The position numbers were made by a program, and so were the translations under genes. 64,000 bases of DNA from an uncultured archaeon (GTDB taxonomy: Archaea > Asgardarchaeota > Hermodarchaeia > Hermodarchaeales > Hermodarchaeaceae). The notes beneath the pieces were generated by a model. The model made no database searches and was not told the origin of the DNA. It worked only from the letters and a program-made list of their open reading frames with translations. The DNA is taken from NCBI GenBank assembly GCA_964347045.1, contig CAYFXC010000009.1, forward strand, positions 1 through 64,000. The letters run 5' to 3'. Of this stretch, positions 58,345-64,000 are shown in pieces (positions within the stretch are counted from its first letter, which is position 1; every line of letters begins with the position of its first letter).

Positions 58345-58824
58345 TCAATCAAGATAATTTTCGATGAGGTAAAGGAGTTCTTCTTCCAACGTTGGAAGAA
58401 TTTGAGGATTCTCAACGATTCGTGCAACTTCTGTACCATCCGGAGTATACAGAAGAATGGTTGGAATCGCAATTATGTTGAGAGAGTCTACTTCTGGAGG
58501 ACTAGGCGGGACAGCCCAACGCCTATTCGAATTTAGAGGATCGGATTTGACTCCACCAAGGACATAGATACGCATTCCTGTTGCTTCGGAGATGATATCT
58601 AACACTGGGATATTGACTATACAATCCTTACACCAATCTGCCCCAATCGCGACCACAATAAATTGATCTGCACTTCTTTTGATGGCTTCAAGAATATCGT
58701 GTTTGGGAGTGTATTCTGTACGTCTTGCTTCGTATTTAGAGCGAAAGTCTTTCGAACTAGTCTGCATGTACTCATCAATCGGTTTTGCACGTTCCAGCAT
58801 TTCTGCAAATTGCTGAGTGTTCAT
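58345..58824 (-). CDS. Thioredoxin-family protein
   Basis: GADWCKDC, IPT, RIVENP...LEE.L. Confidence 0.85.
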   Translation of the reverse strand: MNTQQFAEMLERAKPIDEYMQTSSKDFRSKYEARRTEYTPKHDILEAIKRSADQFIVVAIGADWCKDCIVNIPVLDIISEATGMRIYVLGGVKSDPLNSNRRWAVPPSPPEVDSLNIIAIPTILLYTPDGTEVARIVENPQILPTLEEELLYLIENYLD

Positions 58825-58857
58825 CTGTCACTCATCCACTAAAGGTCCAATCGGTAG

Positions 58858-59667
58858 TTATAACGTGATAATCTGAGTATCGCGGGGAACAATGATTTTG
58901 CCTGAGAATGAAGCTCGAATGCTCCGGAGAGCGTCACCCAGCTCTTCATCAAGTTCGGGGTACAAGTGCATGATAACTAATGTTTTTACTTCTGCCTCAG
59001 TTGCTAATCTTCCAAGGTCACTTGGAGTTGTATGAGTGGTTGCTATTTCTTTCAAACGATCGGGAAAAGAACACTCATGAATTAGCAAATCGGCTCCTTT
59101 CGCCGCTTTGACAACTTCTTTGGATGGGGCAGTATCTCCGGAATAAACAACGCGTTTACCCTCGGCTTCAATGTGAAATCCGTATGCTTCAAAATCACCA
59201 TGATCTACTGGGAAGGTTAAAACGTTCCAGTTCTTCGTTTTCACTTGAAAACCAGGCTCTAGTTGATGATATTTGAACTTTATCTTATCTGATAGATACG
59301 GAAAAACTTCGTTAGTTACTTCAATTATTTTTTGCATGATTGAAGGAGCATAGATGTTCAAAGTCTTATCATAACCGGAAAGCCAGAGGCTCTGGATGAG
59401 GGGAAAGATATCTGAAACGTGATCGACATGTAAATGACTTATGAAGATGTGTTCAATTTTAGTAATTTCCTGTAAGCTACAAGAAAGACGGTGAAGCACA
59501 CCAGATCCTATGTCAAAAATAAGGGGTTCTCCAGCAATTTCCACCATTAATCCAGATGACACACGGTCAGGAGAAAGCAGCGAAGCCCCGCTGCCTAGAA
59601 TCGTTACTTCCATTGGACTCGACCCCACACAGCTTGAAGTACTCACCCTTTTATCAACTTTGCCCAA
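58858..59667 (-). CDS. MBL-fold hydrolase, RNase Z/BN-like (likely start at 59613)
   Basis: ILGSG, DIGSG, SHLHVDH, YSGDT, LIHEC, HTT, HLYP. Confidence 0.88.
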   Translation of the reverse strand: MGKVDKRVSTSSCVGSSPMEVTILGSGASLLSPDRVSSGLMVEIAGEPLIFDIGSGVLHRLSCSLQEITKIEHIFISHLHVDHVSDIFPLIQSLWLSGYDKTLNIYAPSIMQKIIEVTNEVFPYLSDKIKFKYHQLEPGFQVKTKNWNVLTFPVDHGDFEAYGFHIEAEGKRVVYSGDTAPSKEVVKAAKGADLLIHECSFPDRLKEIATTHTTPSDLGRLATEAEVKTLVIMHLYPELDEELGDALRSIRASFSGKIIVPRDTQIITL

Positions 59668-59768
59668 AAGTAAAAAATTACCAATCTATTGAGATTAACT
59701 ACGCAAAGTTGAAATAGCCTCGACTCGGATTAACAAAGGTAAGCGGAAGCTACCCTCAGGGGATCCGG

Positions 59769-60617
59769 ATGATACACTACGTCTATATCATCGACGCACG
59801 CGATGAAATTGTAGTCCAGAAAAAATTCTGGATTATCAATGTTAATGTCAAGGAAATGCAAGATTTTGCCAGCCGTGTAAAGGAAGCACAAGACACCATC
59901 ATTGAAGAAATCGGCCCAATCAAATATATCGGCAAACCTCTGGGACGAGGAATTGTCGTTCTCTGTGCTGAAGGTGTCGACGATGACGATACTCTTCGGG
60001 AAAAACTTGATCGCGTCCATTATGAATTCCGTCGTGTTATCAGTTATGAAGTTGAATACGAAGCCTTTATGGACAAAGTTGATGACTACGTCACAACAAC
60101 TCTTAAAGTCAGTATTATCGGTTATGGGGGTGTTGGGAAAACAACCCTTGTTACTCTTCTCAATGGCGGAGTCCCTCCAACAAGCTATGTTCCAACAATA
60201 GCTATTGACATTCAAAAAATCGAAGGTGCCCGTATCGGAACCTATGAAGTGAGTACTTGGGACTTTGCTGGGCAAGACCGATTCCGGAAACTTTGGGAAC
60301 TCTATTTTCGTGGTAGCCGAATTATCCTTCTAGTTACGGATTCAACATTAGAAAACGTGCTAAATAGCAAAGACATTATAGACTTGATTCGGCGAAAGGA
60401 TATCGCTGCTCAGTTACTTGCGATTGCGAATAAACAAGACCTTCCTGGCGCGTTATCTCCTCAACTAGTGCAGCGAATTTTAGGTATCAAAGCCTATGGC
60501 ATGGTTGCCATTGATCCAAATAACCGCCAGAAGGCATTGGATATTATCAAGGAAGCTTTGAAGCTAGCTGCTCCTAGAGAACCGGTTGCACCGAAACCTG
60601 AAATGGTTTTTGAGTAA
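59769..60617 (+). CDS. Longin-like domain fused to an Arf-like small GTPase
   Basis: N-terminus MIHYVYIID...VVQKKF; G1 GYGGVGKT, YVPTI, WDFAGQDRFRKLW..YFRG, ANKQDLPGALS. Confidence 0.85.
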   Translation: MIHYVYIIDARDEIVVQKKFWIINVNVKEMQDFASRVKEAQDTIIEEIGPIKYIGKPLGRGIVVLCAEGVDDDDTLREKLDRVHYEFRRVISYEVEYEAFMDKVDDYVTTTLKVSIIGYGGVGKTTLVTLLNGGVPPTSYVPTIAIDIQKIEGARIGTYEVSTWDFAGQDRFRKLWELYFRGSRIILLVTDSTLENVLNSKDIIDLIRRKDIAAQLLAIANKQDLPGALSPQLVQRILGIKAYGMVAIDPNNRQKALDIIKEALKLAAPREPVAPKPEMVFE

Positions 60618-60679
60618 ATTCTTTCTCAAGCCTCCTATTCATAGGATGATAAACATTTTCTCAAGCTCAAGTTTTTCTT

Positions 60680-61675
60680 CTATCCTTTTTCTGTTTTAGT
60701 GTCGAAAAACTGTGTTAATGATGGTCGAGCAGGAGAATACTCCTTATCAATCTGTTTACTTTCAATAAATTTCTTGATTTGGTTGGCTTCTTCTACGCGA
60801 AAATCTAGCCCGCTACGGTCAAAAGATTTCGATTCACAGATAATGCTCACCTTTTCCAAAAATCGTTGTTCACGAAGCACTGATAAAAACAGCTTCCAAG
60901 GAACCTTACTTCCACCATTTAATGGGGCATGGCGTACTTCTCCGCGCCGATTCGCATAGATACCCGAAATGTGTACTGGCAATCGCCATCGTGATAGGTC
61001 AATTGATTGCTCAATAAGTTCAAGCCGTCGAAGAATACCGTCTTCAGAAGTAACATCTCCGCCACGAGCGAAGTCATGAGCAAAATCCCAACAGAATAAA
61101 CATCCAACATCACCTGCAACTGAACTTATTTCTTCAAAGCTCCCAAATCCAGCTGTTTTACCAGCTACTTCAGGTGCAGGTACAGCAGATATTCCATCAT
61201 TATCAATCTTGGCCATAATCTCTTTCAATCGCTGGGTTACTAGCTCTTTTACAATCGTTCCACGTTGTCGTGAACCAGGATGGAAGGTTACATGGGTTGC
61301 TCCAACCAAATCAGCCATATGTAAACAGCGCGTCAAATGAGCGCGACTGGTTCGGAGTTTTCCTTTTTCTTTTGTGGTTAAAGAAATAACATAGGGTCCA
61401 TGAATGCTGACATGAAATTGTTTCAGTTGGTTCCCGATACTGGTCGCTCGTTCCTTTGCAGGATAACCAGGTAGACCTCCCCGGGGATTTCCTAATACAT
61501 TCGAAAGGCATAGAAGTTCAGCTGCACTGAGTTTTTCTGATTGTAGAAGCGTTGTTACCTTGCTAATTACAACATCTGACGTGAAGGTGTTTAAAGGAAA
61601 GGCGGCCATTCCAACTATTACTCGTGGGGATTTAATCACTTTATTCTCGCCTAGTTTTGCCTTGTACAAAAGCAC
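60680..61675 (-). CDS. nfo: Endonuclease IV-like (AP endonuclease family 2, TIM barrel)
   Basis: SIHGPY.ISL, TFHPG, PEVAGK...FGS.EE, DFAH.FAR, HISG, GE.RH, ICES. Confidence 0.85.
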   Translation of the reverse strand: MLLYKAKLGENKVIKSPRVIVGMAAFPLNTFTSDVVISKVTTLLQSEKLSAAELLCLSNVLGNPRGGLPGYPAKERATSIGNQLKQFHVSIHGPYVISLTTKEKGKLRTSRAHLTRCLHMADLVGATHVTFHPGSRQRGTIVKELVTQRLKEIMAKIDNDGISAVPAPEVAGKTAGFGSFEEISSVAGDVGCLFCWDFAHDFARGGDVTSEDGILRRLELIEQSIDLSRWRLPVHISGIYANRRGEVRHAPLNGGSKVPWKLFLSVLREQRFLEKVSIICESKSFDRSGLDFRVEEANQIKKFIESKQIDKEYSPARPSLTQFFDTKTEKG

Positions 61676-61740
61676 CTTTAAGTGTGCGGAATGTGCTTTA
61701 GCCTCTTGTTAGTTGAATACACTAACCTCTAATTAAATTC

Positions 61741-61755
61741 GAAAGGTTTATATTT
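61741..61755 (+). promoter_or_regulatory. BRE/TATA-like promoter for the ArsR-like regulator operon
   Basis: GAAAGG-TTTATAT in the AT-rich intergenic region upstream of 61920. Confidence 0.4.
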
Positions 61756-61919
61756 GTGAACGATAATATTCTAATTCAGAACGAAAAAATTCTATCGTTT
61801 AGAAAACGTCTCTAATCGTAATTTAACCGAGTGGAGTCGGATAAAATGAAAAAAATGGAAAACACTGAATGTTGCATCAAAGAAAAGATGTATGCTGAAA
61901 TTTATCGATATCGACGAAT

Positions 61920-62663
61920 ATGTTAGGGGTTGGATTCAAGATGTCTTGGTTTGGTAGAAGGAAAGACAAAGATGAGAAAACAAAAGAGGAAATCCGCAAA
62001 AAGATGGAACGGCTCGAAGAACAAATGCAGGATTTGCGTAGACGTTTAGAGAAAGAAGGAAGAACACCTCCTCGCGAAGAATATTCAACGGATTCTGATT
62101 CTCCTAAATCCTCCAAACGTTCTAAAGGTGTAAGGATTGAGTTTGATGAACAGGCATTTGGTGAGGAAATGGCTGAGTTTGGTCGGAATGTGGGTGCTGC
62201 CGGGAAAGAAATCGGGGAATACATAAAACTAGTTGTATCAGACGCTATGCGGGGAGCCAACCGGGCAATGCGGAGTGTTTTCATTGGTCCTGATGGAGCC
62301 GGTCTCAAAATAGATGAGAATGGTATTTCAATCGGTAAGTCTGCGGCAGAGGCGGTACAAAAAGTACCAGCTATGGATGCCGAACGATTACTGGCTCCTC
62401 TTGCGAGCGCTGAACGAATTGATATTCTCTATTTGCTTGCAGAAGAACCCCGTTACCATCAAGATCTCATGGAGTTATCAGGGTTAAAACCGGGAACTCT
62501 TCCTCATCATCTTAAACAATTAGAAGAAGCTGGATATGTAACACAAGAAAGAGTTCGTGGGAGATATCTCATCACTATCCCTGGTCGGATGGCACTAAAA
62601 CTAGCAGAGTATCTTCATAACCAAATGGTATCAGGTATCGGAAAAGATACTAACGAAGCATAA
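61920..62663 (+). CDS. ArsR-family winged-helix regulator with a helical N-terminal extension
   Basis: LAS.ERI.IL..L, GTL.HHLKQLEEAGYV.....GRY.IT..G. Confidence 0.82.
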   Translation: MLGVGFKMSWFGRRKDKDEKTKEEIRKKMERLEEQMQDLRRRLEKEGRTPPREEYSTDSDSPKSSKRSKGVRIEFDEQAFGEEMAEFGRNVGAAGKEIGEYIKLVVSDAMRGANRAMRSVFIGPDGAGLKIDENGISIGKSAAEAVQKVPAMDAERLLAPLASAERIDILYLLAEEPRYHQDLMELSGLKPGTLPHHLKQLEEAGYVTQERVRGRYLITIPGRMALKLAEYLHNQMVSGIGKDTNEA

Positions 62664-62678
62664 CGAGTGTGATCTAGA

Positions 62679-63317
62679 ATGAGTTTTTGTTCACCATGTG
62701 GTTATCGAAAAAAGGAGCTAGTGCTTGGCGCTTTAGCAGGTAAGGTTACCCATTCTACGGATATTGCGCGATCAGAGAAAGCCTTGCTTATTGTCAATGA
62801 AGGCACACTTTATTTTCCAATTTTTTATCAGAATAGGGAAGTAGGTGGGGTTTTCATTGGATCCGGGCAGGCCATCATTGATGCGATTGCTGAAACCCGA
62901 CGGGGCGCCGTCGGGCAAAGTCATGATTTCCATTGGAATGGCAGTCTTCTCTTCTTTAGCGAAGACGGTGAATGGGCACCGCCTAGCACCACCCTCATCA
63001 AAGATAAGGAATTACAAAAATTCTACCTAGATTCTATTGAAGACGCCGATCGCCGGGCAAATGAAATTTTCACCAAGTTCTTAGAAAATAACCAAAACTG
63101 GTTTACTGATACATTTATCCAACGTCAGCATGGTTGGGTCGCAACTATCCTAGATACTCAGCATGGTAAATGTGGAGTTATTACGAGTGAAGATCGACTA
63201 ATCTTTAAGAAAGGCGATTTAAAAGTCGTGATTAGTGGAAGCAAATTAGTTCAAATTGAAGGTCGTAAGAAAATCTTTGTCGCTGGAAGAGCTGGAAAAA
63301 TTGTCCGCTTCGGATAA
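62679..63317 (+). CDS. Hypothetical beta-rich protein
   Basis: 212-codon ORF 15 nt after the ArsR-like gene on the same strand. Confidence 0.65.
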   Translation: MSFCSPCGYRKKELVLGALAGKVTHSTDIARSEKALLIVNEGTLYFPIFYQNREVGGVFIGSGQAIIDAIAETRRGAVGQSHDFHWNGSLLFFSEDGEWAPPSTTLIKDKELQKFYLDSIEDADRRANEIFTKFLENNQNWFTDTFIQRQHGWVATILDTQHGKCGVITSEDRLIFKKGDLKVVISGSKLVQIEGRKKIFVAGRAGKIVRFG

Positions 63318-63512
63318 ATGTGCGTAGGCCCGGAGCGGACGCTCTTCCAATTTTTAACTTTTTACTAGTTCTTTTCATAAAGTAGTACTACTAATGACTT
63401 CTCGCTTATTAGTGGAAGAGCTTTTGAGGAGGTACATCCATGAACAGACAAATTTCGTCTGCGCTTCTTTACTATATGTGTTGGCGAGTCGAGACTATAG
63501 GAGTATTACATT

Positions 63513-64000
63513 ATGGCGTCATTGGATCATCATAGCTTAGTGAAAGCATATCTTACGCTTTTTCAAGTCGCTCGGAATGACCTTGAAGAAATATCGAAGC
63601 ATCTAACAAAAACAAAGGGGCAAGGTATTCAAGACATCTTGGAGCAAATTGCAGAATTACTCCAACGAATTGAATCCGCATCAGAGTCCCCACAACTTGA
63701 AATTGAGGTTGCTCGATCAATTGCTCGAGACTTTGAAACCGTTGCCCAACGGTGGCGTGAACTTGAGCAATACTTTGCCGATGAGATTCATTATGATGAT
63801 TATGTTTATCGTTCAGATGAAGAACGTGCTAAAGCCGCTGAGAATGCTTTGAGTATTATTCATGAGCAAGCACTAGAAGCGCTTGATGCGGCTGGAACAA
63901 TGTTTGGTATTGCTCGTGAATGGCGACGTGCAGCAAAATGCTTTAGTACAGTGGTTCAGGTCCGAAAGGCAGAGGATTCTCCTCTTGCTGCATTACCAGC
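63513..64000 (+). CDS. Alpha-helical (TPR/SNAP-like) protein, runs off the window end; not in the ORF track
   Basis: ATG 63513 after AGGAG; open to the end: MASLDHHSLVKAYLTLFQVARNDLEE...ALEALDAAGTMFGIAREWRRAAKCF. Confidence 0.75.
   Translation, partial: MASLDHHSLVKAYLTLFQVARNDLEEISKHLTKTKGQGIQDILEQIAELLQRIESASESPQLEIEVARSIARDFETVAQRWRELEQYFADEIHYDDYVYRSDEERAKAAENALSIIHEQALEALDAAGTMFGIAREWRRAAKCFSTVVQVRKAEDSPLAALP

Noticed and set aside
1-64000. CRISPR arrays, rRNA/tRNA genes, intact IS elements, and the many short antisense or overlapping ORFs in the track
   Set aside because: No regularly spaced repeats, RNA gene signatures or transposase motifs were seen. The short ORFs are shadows of well-supported genes.

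Overview
Gene-dense, roughly 40% GC archaeal chromosomal segment, very probably from an Asgard archaeon (inference). Support: Top6A, HdrA-MvhD/HdrC/HdrB, an MtrH-family methyltransferase, archaeal lipid enzymes (isopentenyl phosphate kinase domain, geranylgeranyl reductase), and eukaryotic-signature-type proteins (two Rab-like GTPases, a longin-like/Arf-like GTPase fusion, a CIA2/FAM96-like protein, V4R and WD40 proteins). I saw no rRNA, tRNA, CRISPR array or intact transposase. The most notable feature that the ORF track does not explain is a ~230-nt GC-rich intergenic element (28425-28653) directly behind the WD40 gene. It has its own TATA box, base-paired 5'/3' ends, a multibranch fold and a T-rich end, so it is a candidate unannotated structured ncRNA. 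Other points: the first ~160 bp is a foreign high-GC CaiB/BaiF CoA-transferase fragment joined to top6A (probable assembly chimera); an RNase H-like/IPK fusion; an HD-CE-like protein; two degenerate RecA-fold proteins; and three pseudogenes (LLM oxidoreductase, MoeB/ThiF, nitroreductase). All family assignments come from motif recognition by eye, not from database searches.
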